DNA of 64,000 nucleotides from Pavona decussata (Eukaryota): NCBI GenBank assembly GCA_977016875.1, contig CDRNST010000085.1, positions 620,001 to 684,000 of the forward strand, read 5' to 3'. Shown piece by piece: positions 1 to 11,729 of this stretch (position 1 is its first letter; each line of letters starts with the position of its first letter). The notes under the pieces were generated by a model. It saw only the letters and a program-made list of their open reading frames with translations, ran no database searches and was not told where the DNA came from. The position numbers and the translations under genes were made by a program.

Positions 1-280
1 TGAAAAAAGCTTACACTCTATGGACATGTACTCAGACAGGTAAGGACTTTTTTATCTTAAGTGAATTTTTTCTCAGGTGCTTTCCGTGTCACATATAAGG
101 TAGTAGCCCCACGCAAATTTGAGTGTATTCACGCGGGTTTATGACGTGAGGGGGGGGGGGGGGGGTGGCATTTTTTTCTAAAAATAGATTTTTTTTGGTA
201 CAACGCGTGGGGACGAGTGGACCCCACGCTTACTGTCTCCATCCCTGATTATGGCTCCTGTATTTACTCATCTGAATTGT

Positions 281-540
281 TTATTTGTTTTAGGTTAGGC
301 ACAGAAAGGCGATATTCCTTAACAAACCTCAAAATGTTTTGGCGGGTTTTTAGTTTGTTTTGTAGTGCCGACATTCTTTCGCGGAGGTTGACTTTTGAAA
401 GAGTTTTATTTATAAGGTCATCGAGGTAACCTCTGTTGCGTAATCTCTGTTTGAATAGAGTAATATTTTCTTCAAATGTTGTTTTTGAAGATTTTGTTCT
501 GAGAAGTCTTGACGCTTCGCCTTTGATATAGCCTGTATTG
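281..540 (-). mobile_element. Penelope-like element (PLE) fragment, RT C-terminal/linker region
   Basis: Part of ORF 264..692 reads GYIKGEASRLLRTKSSKTTFEENITLFKQRLRNRGY...ILRFVKEYRLSVPNLKQI. This matches the PLE post-RT pattern (KGEAxRLLRTNS...F..RL..RGY...LPFV..Y.P.VPNL..I). A homologous fragment lies at 7748-7995. Confidence 0.75.
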
Positions 541-758
541 GAAAGTTTCTCTTGGTTTGAAGTGCGTGTGCACTTCAAGAAGAGATTATTTTTTTTTAGT
601 CTTTCGCATCTCAGACAGTTGTTTCGAAACAAGAAGAACAAGCACATTCCTCTTTTCCCGCCATCTTGTTGAGAATGAAGTCCTTTGCACATGCCAAGTC
701 GATGGAACGCGCAGACCTCTGGGATAGATATAATTTATATAATTTATACGTAACGTAT

Positions 759-966
759 GCATTTGGTTCGGCACATGAAAAGTTCGACGTCTGAATCGAA
801 GTCGAACTTTTGCCGTTCTATTCGACTGGCGCAGTCGAATAGAACGGCGGGTCGACCCAAATACAAATCTGTCGATCCTAACTGATTCATACGTCGATCT
901 TTACATGCGCCGAACCAAATGATTAGGTTCGGCTCATGTAAAGTTCGACGTATGAACCGGGCCTTA
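759..966. mobile_element. Palindromic MITE (left end missing) with internal perfect hairpin
   Basis: The motif ggttcggc(a/t)catg(a/t)aaagttcgacgt occurs at ~765 and ~926 and inverted at ~885-921. A perfect 17-bp stem with a 3-nt loop lies at 812-848. The element ends in accgggcc-ttaa. Confidence 0.7.
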
Positions 967-1920
967 ATGAAAATGTCCTATGAACCTGTCGAAATAGCTG
1001 TTCTCCTGAGTTCCCGCTGTTGTAAGCATGGGGTTGATAAGCGGCCTGTACGACTCTCATGCACGAGTTTCAGCCATTTTTCTGTAAAATCTCCTAATGT
1101 TAAACTGTCACGTATTTAAGACCCATTTAAATTTTCAGGCTCGACGATTATAGATCATAGAAAACTGCCGTCGATTTGATAAATATACAAATCCCTTTTA
1201 TTAATATAACGTGATCATATTCCGAATTCAGCATCTATATGTAGTGCAATAAAGCTTACTAGTATGCGTTCACTTGCTGTCAACTCAGCAATGCTTTTAA
1301 ATTATGACTCCAATTCTCTGTGGTCAGTGATGTTATTTTCTTTGTCAATATTGTCTTGTCGTAGTAGAGGTTTTCGGCCTTGTCAAAAGTCTATCTGAGA
1401 TTTATTTTTTGAGTTTTTTGAGGCCCCACCATGGTTTTGGTTCTTCAAGAATAGATCACTTTGCACTCTTGCATCCCAGGCCTACTTTTGGCTCCATCCC
1501 ACCCCTCCGCCTTTTAACATCTAAGTTTGATGAAAATAAAATTCCGGCCAATTAGTTTGTACTAAGAATTCTCCCTGAACTGAATCACTCACACATTGGA
1601 AAAGACAAGGTAAATACCTTGCTTAGACTTGCCGATTAAAAATTTTGGCCTAGACATGTGTTTACCTTTATTCAGTTTACTTTTTGTTGTGACAAAATCG
1701 ACTAAAATGTTCGAAATTTTGGTTTTGGAAAACAACCAAACGTGATCAACCATCTAATGGAACACCTGTCAGCTTTGCTTAATCGCAAAATGAAATTTGT
1801 TATAAGGTAATATGTAATATGGAGCCCAAGTGTCGTTTTGCCCTTTTTGGTAATTAAATTGTAATCACTTGCAAGAGCAGATCTGTGAATTTTGTCTTTT
1901 TATTTAAGAAATGCAACCTC

Positions 1921-2674
1921 TTAAAAAGATAGAAAACGAATCGACTCTCAAACCTAGTGACTCTAGCGGATAGGCCAAATCGGAATGTCACTTGAAACCA
2001 CAAAGACATTCGATAACGGCTGTAACTTGCTTGTACTCGTAGCAGCAGCACGCAGGACTCTCGGGTTCGGCTGAAAGAATCATAGCGGAGCAATAAACAA
2101 TCAACAGCCACAATGGACCGGTAGCCCTGACAAAAATAGAGCTACGTGATGTACAGGTCCAACAAAATTTGAGCTTCTGAAGAGCTCCTTAACATCTGAT
2201 GTGTAGTGGCGTTTCTATGGGGATTGCTGCATTTTCATTTTTTTGATCGCGCAAACCCTAGGCCGCGTTCGCTGCTCTCCCCTCCCTCTGAACAACACAT
2301 CTTCCAATTTTTCGCTCTCGTCCCAACTTTCGTCGATGCTTAGCTTAGAAGGCAAAGTAGAAGATCCCTTATGGATGACCCATAGCAAGACAAACACTGT
2401 AATCCTAACCCTCTTTCGCATGGTATAGATAAACTGTAATTTAATCACTGGGCGAACCGCAAAATAAATTTTCCTTCACCATCTGGAATGAACCAATCAA
2501 ATGGTGCGTATGGGCATCACTTTTCTCGAGAACGAAGATGTAGTGTTACTGGTTTTGTCAGGCGGTTTGGACGGTAGATTTCTACACTCAAAAACAAAAA
2601 ATAAGTCTGCTCACCCGTTTGATGACTGGCGACCCATTTGTAGTAAATTAAATACTGTAGACATACAGAATTAC
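1921..2674 (-). pseudogene. Decayed TGF-beta superfamily ligand, final coding exon (prodomain remnant plus mature cystine-knot domain)
   Basis: Minus strand: acceptor tttattttcag|G at 2675/2674. Prodomain-like pieces LFFVFECRNLPS, VTLHLRSRE, FAVRPVIKL; furin-like RTRPR. Then KRHYTSDVKEL..NFVGPVHHVALF/CQGY, PESPACC, SKLQPLSNVF and LRVDS(F)S.F-TAA in the order of the TGF-beta mature domain, across several frameshifts and stops. AATAAA at 1904-1899. Confidence 0.6.
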
Positions 2675-3903
2675 CTGAAAATAAATATATAAGGAAAGGA
2701 TTTGTGTATCAGACTTAATCTCCACAAAGGAAACGCCTGTTCAGAAGCACTTGGATATAAAGATAAAATATGACGTAAAAGAACAATAAAAAATGTTTTG
2801 CGGTGCAATTCTTAATGTGATCAGTCATAAATTTTTGAACATTATTACGCTAATAGACACAGTGCCGACTGGGCTTGTTGAAAAAGGAATTGCATCAAGA
2901 ATAGACAAAATATGGAATTGAGCATGACGTTAACGTAATCATGATAACCGTAGTAGAGTATTCTGTATCTTCTTTCGTTGTTTTATCTGTTAAATTTGCA
3001 TGGCGAAGTGTTTGGGGATATTTTGATGTATTTTGCTCAGCCGCCACAGCTTGACCTCAACTGAGGGTACTGAAGGGATAAAATGTGGGACTGGGACTTT
3101 TCAAGTTTTTACTGGGAAAATGGGATTTGATGCACTTTATTAATTTGTCACTGGAATGGGATCTGGGGCAAAACAAGTTCCGGGCTGCTTTAAAAATGTT
3201 CGCGCGACATTCAATTTTTTGGGTTATTGCGCCGGAGTGAAACAAATGTTTTAAAACTTTTTTTTCCGATTTTCGGGAAAAAAATATACTTTTGTCTCTG
3301 AAGTTGTTACACTGGAGTGAAATTCTATAGATCGAGCGAAAAGTACAGGGAAAATAATCAGGTCACGTCCACAAGAGTTTTGAAAGCGGCTGCTGGTAGT
3401 CAACCCATATGGGTATTGTTTAAAATGTTCGGACCGCTTTTTAAGACCAAGGGTTTCTAAAAAATATTTTGATACCAAGGTAAATAAATATATACTTGAG
3501 AAAAATATGCCATGAACTTTGGCCATTTGGTGCAAACATGTTTGACGAGTGTGGCGTGCCCTATATTTGGTCTACTGAATCTATGTATTGTCTTTTTAGG
3601 TAAAAGCGATTCCTGATGCCGGATAGAATGAAGGAAATCGAAATGGCGGTAACGACAGATACCGATTGCGAGGATTACTACCCTAAATAAAGAGTGATTG
3701 CGTCTGAAAAAAAAGGGGTAAGAACAGCTTGTAAATTCGGGAAATAACATCCCATTTCCTACTTTAAGCTAAACTATCCGAACAATACAAACTGAATTAG
3801 CCCACAGAAATATGACTTTAAAACACAAGAGACAATATTTTAAGTATTTTGCTTAACTGTTCTTGTTAGGTGCCGCTGATTGTTAGAGCAACAATGATGG
3901 TAT

Positions 3904-3921
3904 GGGGGGGGGGGGGGGGGG
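3904..3921. repeat. Poly-G run (others at 150-165 and ~59667-59682)
   Basis: Seen directly; probably parts of dispersed repeats. Run lengths may be affected by sequencing error. Confidence 0.85.
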
Positions 3922-4406
3922 CAGGGTTGCTACAGTGGTGAAGGGGTTCACACCAAAAAGTGGGTATATCTTATGGATATATTTTTGACAAATAGCTACG
4001 TAATTGAGCCTCATCCATCCATCCGTAAATTGGCGAATTCTGCTTCCGGTGTAATGCTAGTCGAAAATCGTGTGATCTGGTCAAAATTCTGGTCCCGGTT
4101 GTTCAAAGAACGGATAACGCTATCCAGTAGATAAATCGTACTTTTATCTTAGCCGTCATACAAAAATTTTGTATTTCTGACGTTTTTCCTGTATTTACTC
4201 AAATTCTACTCGGGAATGCAATATTCTGTCAGATGATGCTCACTGCGGTAGGTAGTGAAATATGTTTAAAATTCTTATGACAGAATTTGTTGACCATTGT
4301 GTTGGCCCTTGAAGGTGTAATTATTGAGTGCACATCTTTTTTACCGTGGAAGCTGGGAAAGTGCTTTTGTGTATAACCACGACTATTTTCTGATTTAAGA
4401 CGTTTC

Positions 4407-4617
4407 TTTGGGCGCTTTCTATTTGTCAGACTGGCCGGTCAGACCGGTCAGTCTGTAAATCGAATGTGTCATGATGTCATAATTACTCCGAAAATGGTAC
4501 GCGCTATTTTGAAGAAATTCGAAGGACTAAAATAAGACTTATCCATCAAATTATTAAATCCCGTTTACGAACTGACCAGTCCGGGAAGCCAGTTCTGACA
4601 AATGGGAAGCGCCTTTA
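4407..4617 (+). mobile_element. MITE (family A, copy 1)
   Basis: TIRs gggcgctttctatttgtcagactggc / gccagttctgacaaatgggaagcgcc. The internal 24-mer aatggtacgcgctattttgaagaa recurs exactly, inverted, in the copy at 20944-21154. Confidence 0.8.
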
Positions 4618-6834
4618 GATAGTGAAGTAAGTAACGGGTATTTTTATCGAACAGCCACTGACCTACGTCAGTCTTTGATCTTTATATATATTTATTAACG
4701 GTATCAGTTTCATTGGTTCCTTGCAAGAAAAATATTCGACCGCAGTGCTTGGAATGCAAATAACTCTGAGGATGTGGCCACCCTCCTGTTTCTGTCTAGC
4801 GAATAGCATATTGATATATTTTGCTAATAATCATTATTAAAATAACTGAAGATTGCAAATGGTAAACAGGAAATTTCAAGTTTGATCTGTTTTCTGCAGT
4901 AATGTTAAGACCTTTAATGATGATTGGCAAATGCGCCGGAATTATGTCTTCATATGCTCAAGAATGCAAGATGCTCCCACAAATAATAATCTGAATCGAA
5001 TAGAAATTTAATAACCATAAAAGATTTTATCAATAGAACGGATTTAAATTTGACGACAACGTACCATTCAGAGTTTGATATTTGATTTAAAAAGCCAGCT
5101 ATTTAGTCTATCAGAAGGTGAATTTCCTTAAATTGAACCTGCATTGGATAAATATTATGATAGTTAAACAATTTTGAATGAATTTTAACCAAGGTGTTCA
5201 CCAATCTTGCATCATTCTCGCCACCGCTCTTTTGCGGGGGTTTGTGAGCGTTATCTACGCAGCCGGTTTTTGACAAGATACCGGCTAAAACGCAGCGGAA
5301 CTTTATAAATTAGTTTTCTGGCTGTCAGTTCGGTGCGAGGGACAAGCAATCTCTACAACGAAGGCAGTGATTTCCCTCGCTAGCTGGGTAAGCGAAACAT
5401 ACCTTTCTATATATTTTCTTTGGTTAGTCTGCGGCAATTCATTTACCAGCACGTTTATATGGCAAATTAACGATGACTTGTAAGGCGGCAAAGATCGCTC
5501 GAGCAAGGGGAAAAATTGTATTTTTCGTTCAATCTTCTCTGAAATCTGTTAAAACTTGAAAGTATTGAAAATGTGTCATTTTGGCCTTTAATTTTTCTCT
5601 TATGACCCTTCCTGTTTTGCAACTTTTAATACTGGATTACCTTTGCAAGGTATACAAAACAAATTTATTACGAATCACTCGCACATTCGTCTATCCCATA
5701 AAAGTCGGTCTTTTGACGATGTCAAACAATATTAGAAATTAATAATATATCATATTTGCTATATAACTGGCAGTGCACTGTTTGGTATAGTTCCATACGA
5801 TTTTCTGATAACCCATTTGAATACTTTGTCATCAGTTTGCAGAATTTTAGCCTAAGACTTCTTTAAAGTCAGATTTGGTAATTGGTAAACAGAGTATTGG
5901 GCGATTTTTGCTTCGGCAAAGGCCGGGAAACTAAAATTTCGTCCTATTTTTTTTCTAAATTAACTAAGACGTTTAAATTGAGACTTTTTGGACATCATAA
6001 ACCCACTTCGTTAATATTGAATAATTGCTGAAAGTCTATTAGTAGAAAAGCCTCGCATTACGGATCAAATACAATCTTGATGGAATTATAAATTGAATGG
6101 ACTGTTCACATAGCTGATAGAACGACAAAAAAAGGCACGTTCCTTGGCCTAATTCCATTATCTTGTAACATTCCAGCAGTAAAAAACCGAGAGGTAGTTA
6201 AAAGAAAAACTGAGGCAATTTTAATAAGACGTCAAATCCATGGCAGTTATGTCTAACGTGAAGAGATTGATTTGGAACTGATAACCGTTAAAAAAAAAAA
6301 AAACTGCATGATACAATGCAGGGAACCATTACGAAATACTGTTGTTCTAGTGAATCAATTCCTGATGGAGGAAAGATAACACGGACCGCAATATACGGGG
6401 GTGGAGTAGGTGAGAGAGACTTGATTAATTTGCATCACTCGACTGTCCTGACAATATAATATCTAATTCTAAGCACTTTATGGAAAAAAAAAATATATAA
6501 GAATTTAAACGACCCAACGTTCCCTGGGAGCACTGATAGAGGAGAAGAGTCCATTGGGCGCATTTATGATCGAGAGACCAGTCTATGTATTGCCGTTTTA
6601 TCATTCTGAGAGCTTCTTTATACAGACTACCAAGTAAAAATTACAACAGAGCAATCGCAACGGGGTGTCACATGCTTGAGATCTCCAGTAAAATTTGCAA
6701 GACCTTAAACAGTGCTTCTGAACGTACGTCAAAAACTTTTGCTCATTTTAAGTCGTTCTCTAGAAACCACACTAAAGCAAAACATAAACAAGCAAATCAA
6801 ACGACCAAACAAAAAACAAACAAAATACATAACT

Positions 6835-7045
6835 CACGGTCCAAAAGGGAAAAGGGGGTACTCGGAGCCTTGGACCGCGGAATATATACTGTGGAGCCTG
6901 GAACTCCAAGTCTTTTTAGTTTTGGAGCCTGGAAAAAAATGCTCCTTGTGGCTCTGAATGGAGTCTTGGAATAAAGCCGTGGATCACTAAAGCCTCAATT
7001 TGTCTGTGTTGGAGCCCTAAAGCTCCAAGCCCCCCTTAGGCCCTG
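6835..7045. mobile_element. Degenerate MITE-like element with repeated GGAGCC motifs
   Basis: Imperfect TIRs cacggtccaaaaggg / cccccttaggccctg and 4-5 internal ggagcc(t/c)-like motifs. It ends ~220 bp upstream of the peptide-gene ATG. Confidence 0.45.
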
Positions 7046-7141
7046 TTATCGTTTCATTTCGTTGTGTTCAGCAATCTTTACATATTATTTGTGTGGTAAC
7101 GAAAATAAACTTGACCTAACTTAACTAGAAAAGTGTGACTT

Positions 7142-7213
7142 CATTGGCCAAAAAATTATTCCAGCCCATATCTTGGCTTTCAAAAACAATAACTACGTTA
7201 TTTATATATTTAC
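7142..7213 (+). promoter_or_regulatory. Candidate core promoter of the prepropeptide gene
   Basis: Reverse CCAAT (ATTGG, 7143-7147) and a TATA-like tttatatattt ~60 bp upstream of ATG 7263. Confidence 0.4.
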
Positions 7214-7262
7214 AGCACCATCTTCCTTCACGAGTGAAACGCTTAACAAGAACTTCAGCGAG

Positions 7263-7469
7263 ATGAAATCGTCACTACTATTTCTTGCAGCGCTAGGTGT
7301 ATTTATTTTGTTACATACGTTACACCAAGGCCAAGCGTCAGAGCTGTCGGAACTGCTGGAAAAAGAAATCGCCGAAGTGAAAGATGAGATTGACAAGCGA
7401 AGCGGAAAGCGTCCTCCCTGTGGCTTCACGTGGAGGTGTAGGAGAAGGCGCCGAGGATCGGGGAAAAGG
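7263..7469 (+). CDS. Exon 1 of a small secreted prepropeptide (neuropeptide/antimicrobial/toxin-like precursor)
   Basis: MKSSLLFLAALGVFILLHTLHQGQA (signal peptide) - SELSELLEKEIAEVKDEID (acidic pro-region) - KR - SG - KR - PPCGFTWRC - RRRRR - GSGKR, followed directly by a phase-0 donor AGG|GTGAGA at 7470. The downstream exon or exons are uncertain. Confidence 0.8.
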
Positions 7470-7747
7470 GTGAGAATATTTAAAGGGAACCTCCAATCTT
7501 ACATAGACTGGCTTAAATTGTTGAAAATAGCGTCTAAATTTCAAAGCTTAGTTTAAAAATCAGTGAGAACACTTTAGTGTGCGAAAAAAAAAATGATATC
7601 ATTTTCGCCCATTTTCGGGTTTAACCACTATTTTGATTTTATGACGTCATTCCCCTGCTGCAATTGTCAGGAAGCAGCAATTCTTTTGTGTAGAATAATT
7701 GTGCACCCGTACGACTTCATGGGTTTAAGATGGTGGTGCAAAGAAAA

Positions 7748-7995
7748 TGTAAATCGCGCCTCATAACGCGCGGATACCCCCACAAGATGATACAGACAAC
7801 GCTATCAGAAGTCAACTTCGCCGAAAGACAGTCGGCTCTACAACAAAAGAAAAAAAAAAAACTCGTAAAAAAATCTTGCCTTTTGTTACAACGTACCACC
7901 CACCGGTGCGTAACCTTAAAAATATATTGATGCAAAACTGGAAGTTCATACAAAATCACCCTTTGCTGAAAAAGCATAACGAAAATCCAATTTTT
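7748..7995 (+). mobile_element. Penelope-like element fragment (same region as 281-540)
   Basis: CKSRLITRGYPHKMIQTTLSEVNFAERQSALQQK, then after a frameshift ILPFVTTYHPPVRNLKNILMQNWKFIQNHPLL. This aligns by eye with the fragment at 281-540. Confidence 0.75.
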
Positions 7996-8199
7996 ATAGA
8001 ACACTAATATACTACCTCCACTTTTCAACGAGGCTTTGAAACTTTGATACAATTTCCAACAATTCAACGTCAAATATTTGTTGGAGGAGGGGAGGTTCTC
8101 TTTAATGCTATTAACAAAAAAAAAAATGCTAAAGGAACAATGAAACGTTCACCTTTTCTATTTTATTTGCCGAGCTCAAAATTTTCCATCCCTTTTTTT

Positions 8200-8485
8200 T
8201 ACCACGTGCACGCGGTACTTTTCGAATGTTTTGAATGGATTAAAAGTTATTTGTAGAATATAATTGTCTTGTTCCTCAAATCTCAATTCTTGGCCTCTTG
8301 TTATTTTCTTCCAAACCAGGGGACCTGACTTCATTTGCTGATGATACTAATCTAATTATTTCCCATAAAAAAGTCATTTAAGGTATACTGCTTAACTAAA
8401 ATCTGTCCTGGAAGCCTCATATTTTTCAAGTGGCCAGCAAAATCTCAAAGTCAGTGGGAATCATTAACAGATCGAGCTTTTCCTT
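8200..8485 (+). mobile_element. Decayed L2/CR1-type LINE reverse transcriptase fragment
   Basis: Ordered motifs with deletions between them: EWIKSYL; VPQISILGLLLF at 8271 (cf. GVPQGSILGPLLF); FADDTNL at 8334 (catalytic motif); ASKISKSVGII. Confidence 0.75.
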
Positions 8486-9281
8486 TTGATATCCTGTTAT
8501 CAAATCTTTAAGACGACATTAACAATTTAACACCCTATCGAGCCAGGAAATTTATAGAATGATTTATAATAATCCATATATTTTTGAATAATGAATTAAT
8601 TAATTTATTTATAATTACCTTACAGTACAGTTATTACACTACTAATTATACTACAGTATAGTTACCACCATTGAATCAAATAATTACAATACAGTACAAT
8701 TTTAAAGTAAAAAAAAAAAATAGTATACTTTAAAAGTTACAAGAAAAAAACGAAAACACGAGAAAGAGGCGAAAAAGGGGGGAAAAAGGGCGAAAAAAAT
8801 TACATGGCTTAGGAAGGCATAACTAAGAGTGTCTGTATTTTTTTAACAGAATGGAATATCCCATCACGCTGCATCATTTTTCGGAGATGATGACTTCGAC
8901 GACGAGTTGGATAAGGATAAAATTTACGAGAAATGAGAAAGAGTCTAAATTAGATGAGGATTTTGGATTTTCGGTTTTACATTCTTCATAATTAAAAAAG
9001 AAATAAAAGAAATCAATAAAGCATCAACATTCATTAAAAATTCAATTTTCCCTCATAGACATTTAATTTTCCGATAAAGATAGACATGAAAAAAGAAGAA
9101 CGTTTATTTTCTGTCTGAGTATAAACAAATCCCTTCGTTAACTAAGATATCTGATTTTGGGATAATTATTGTGCAACGAATACCCCTTAATTTTATCGTT
9201 GGATCGTATATAATTTTTCGGTTAAGATCGTTATTTTTTCTTCGCTGTTGCAATTTCTCCGTTTCTATAGGTTCCAAAGTC

Positions 9282-9403
9282 TGGCCTTAGTGAGCGGCCT
9301 CCCTTGTATAAAACATAGGTGTCCGGTGCGAACGAAATCCTGGATGTTACGATTCGTGAGATAGTAGCGCAAAAATCATGCGAGGTAGCCTACTCACAGG
9401 CAA
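9282..9403. mobile_element. 122-bp MITE-like insertion with apparent target-site duplication
   Basis: Direct repeat caaagtc at 9275-9281 and 9404-9410. Imperfect TIRs tggccttagtgagcggc / gcctactcacaggcaa. Confidence 0.5.
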
Positions 9404-9586
9404 CAAAGTCCTTCCCAGTTTAGTCCGAAGAAACAACAGCTTTTTAATGCGGCGCTTGTGCGTTTTAAACATTCCAAAACTGGCGGCATTGTTGCCACTA
9501 GTAAATTTGACTTAGTCGAGAGAAAAAGAAAAACGATAGATGTATTTCATGTCTATTTGATCTGAAAAGTGATCATTTAAAAAATC

Positions 9587-9640
<54 letters not shown>
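9587..9640. repeat. (AAT)n microsatellite, ~18 units
   Basis: Seen directly in the sequence. Confidence 0.95.
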
Positions 9641-9643
<3 letters not shown>

Positions 9644-10027
9644 TAAAACGCTCGATCATGAGATCTTGTGTGATTTTTAGCATAATTGTTTTCCATTTTA
9701 GTTAGAGATTTTAATAGAAATACGTAAATGGGTGGTCAACTCAGTTAATTGGCTCACTTGGCTTTCAGAAGACTTCGCCAATAGGATTATAAAACGTGCA
9801 GAAATCATTATTGACTGTAAGTGCTCAAATGTTAACAATAAAATCCAGTTAAATCACGTTAAAAAGTTGAACTTCAACATACGGAAAACTCTAAGCTTTT
9901 TTTAACACGTAATGCGAAATTCTGAGGCAATTAACGCCTTCCATCCGAAGAGATATTCAAACGAAATGATCCGTTGCGCCCCTTTGTTAAAACTCATTCA
10001 GTACTTTTACCGAGTAAATTTAATTTA

Positions 10028-10290
10028 AAACCTTATGGCCGCGGCGCCTTTTCCATTACGGTACCTTATCTTGGAAAAAGCTTACCAGAAGACACTAAGA
10101 ACGCTGGATCTCTTGACATTTTTAGCGCAAATTGAAGACTTAAGTTTTAAACTGCATTTTGTACATAGATTATTTCTTACATTCCTAAACTTTTAATTAG
10201 GCGGTGCAATTAATTTTTTTTGTAAATAGCGCTTTTGGGTCGTTGAGAAAAAGCGCGCTATACAAATTGGTAATTATCATGATTATTTGT
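10028..10290 (+). mobile_element. 3' end of an L2-type LINE
   Basis: Frameshifted KPYGRGAFSITVPYL/W..LPEDTKNAGSLDIF/RKLKT (L2 ORF2 C-terminus), then a 3' stem-loop tagcgctttt...aaaagcgcgcta and a decayed (att)n tail. Confidence 0.7.
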
Positions 10291-11729
10291 CCAGCATTAT
10301 AGCTGATTGTCAGTAATAAGTAGACAGCACGGCTATTAGCAATAAAGGGTGTCAATTGGCTCTAAGAACAACAGGTGAGTGAAAAACAAGTACTTAATCC
10401 TCAAACAAAACTTGAGATTTCTCCCACAGGTTGTTTGAAAGCCTCTTTTTGGACTGCTCTTACTACTCTATTGTACTGCAAGGACCTGTTAAACATGCAG
10501 GCAGAATCGCGCTGTTGTATTGTACTGTCGCATAACACGAACTTAATTGCTACTTTTATTAATAACGATTCGCTGCTGGAGCAATTTCTTTCGCCATTAC
10601 CTAAGCTCCATGTTATATTGCCAAATGCTACCGAATGTGCAGTCAAATTGATAAACTAGGTTCGCCGGAACAAAACAGAACAATTTCCATAGTTTGCAAA
10701 CGAAACACAGAATTATCAAGGTTTAAATTAGATTACAGTTCAAGTTTCCATTTTTTTAGCCGTTACTTTGTCTATTTTCAGTTTAGTGTGTCTGTTTTAG
10801 ATCAAATACGGCCATACGTAGGAAAATAAATAAAAAAATAACCACAAGAGCAACAAGGGGTTTTAAGTAACGAAAGGCCCTCCTTGTATGCTCGCAATCA
10901 CTATGTTTGTTATTGTACTTTTGGCGCAGCACTTCAAGGTGAAGTGCGAAAGAGAGGAAGCAGGTACCCAGAGCTGGGTTGCATTAAGCCGATTTGGACT
11001 GTACATGGTTATGAAGGCTTGCCATCTTCAACCTTTGATAACAATGGTACTGCAAATTATGTTGAACGGTCGTGACCTGGTAAAATCAATGCTCCCACTA
11101 GAGTTCGGTATCTTAACAGGAATGTTTCTATTAGTCAGTTGCTCCAACACATTCTAATAGCCATTGTGATTTGTGCACGGTCAAGGCCAAATATGCTGAC
11201 AAAAACATATCACAAAAACGCCTGCGCCTAGGTTCATAGCCATTGCCTTTTATTTACTATGGTATGTATGACTTTTCGCCTTATGCGAGTTGTACTGGGT
11301 GAAAAAAAAAAAACCCTTAACAAGCACTCGTTCTCCAATGTTTGTGAGTATCTACAATTGACGCAGGTATTTAAGACAAGTAAACAGATGTCACGATTAT
11401 CTAACCTGTTGTGCACGACATGTGTAACCAAGTTGAAGGTCAAGGTGTGTTTTTATCAAATCGCATGCAACAAAGTTCCATGATCTAAATCGGCCCTTAC
11501 ACCTTCATCTCATCCATTTAAAAAAATTTTGACGTTTTGTTCTTCGTCCTTCCGGGTCATGGACTCAAACTTTAGATTACGCAATGTGGCCCTGTTTAGT
11601 TCATGGATAAAATCATAACCGTAGTCATTTAAATAAAATGCGTTCCGAGCAGTACAGTTCAACACAATTTTAGAAAATGGAATTCCAATTTGGACGTTTA
11701 TTTAATAGCAAAAAGAACTTTATACACTG

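Noticed and set aside
2215-2448. Minus-strand ORF read as a stand-alone secreted peptide (MRKRVRITVFVLLWVIHKGSS...)
   Set aside because: It looks signal-peptide-like, but the upstream acceptor, prodomain-like remnants and downstream cystine-knot motifs fit better as the middle of a decayed TGF-beta exon. A short-prodomain gene starting at ATG 2421 is not fully excluded.
7173-7556. 127-aa ORF as given in the track
   Set aside because: It starts at TTG and runs through a consensus splice donor. The real start is most likely ATG 7263, and the tail VRIFKG... is probably intronic.
10884-11157. Hydrophobic ORFs (possible membrane or secreted peptide)
   Set aside because: No recognisable domain, no convincing processing sites and no supported exon structure.
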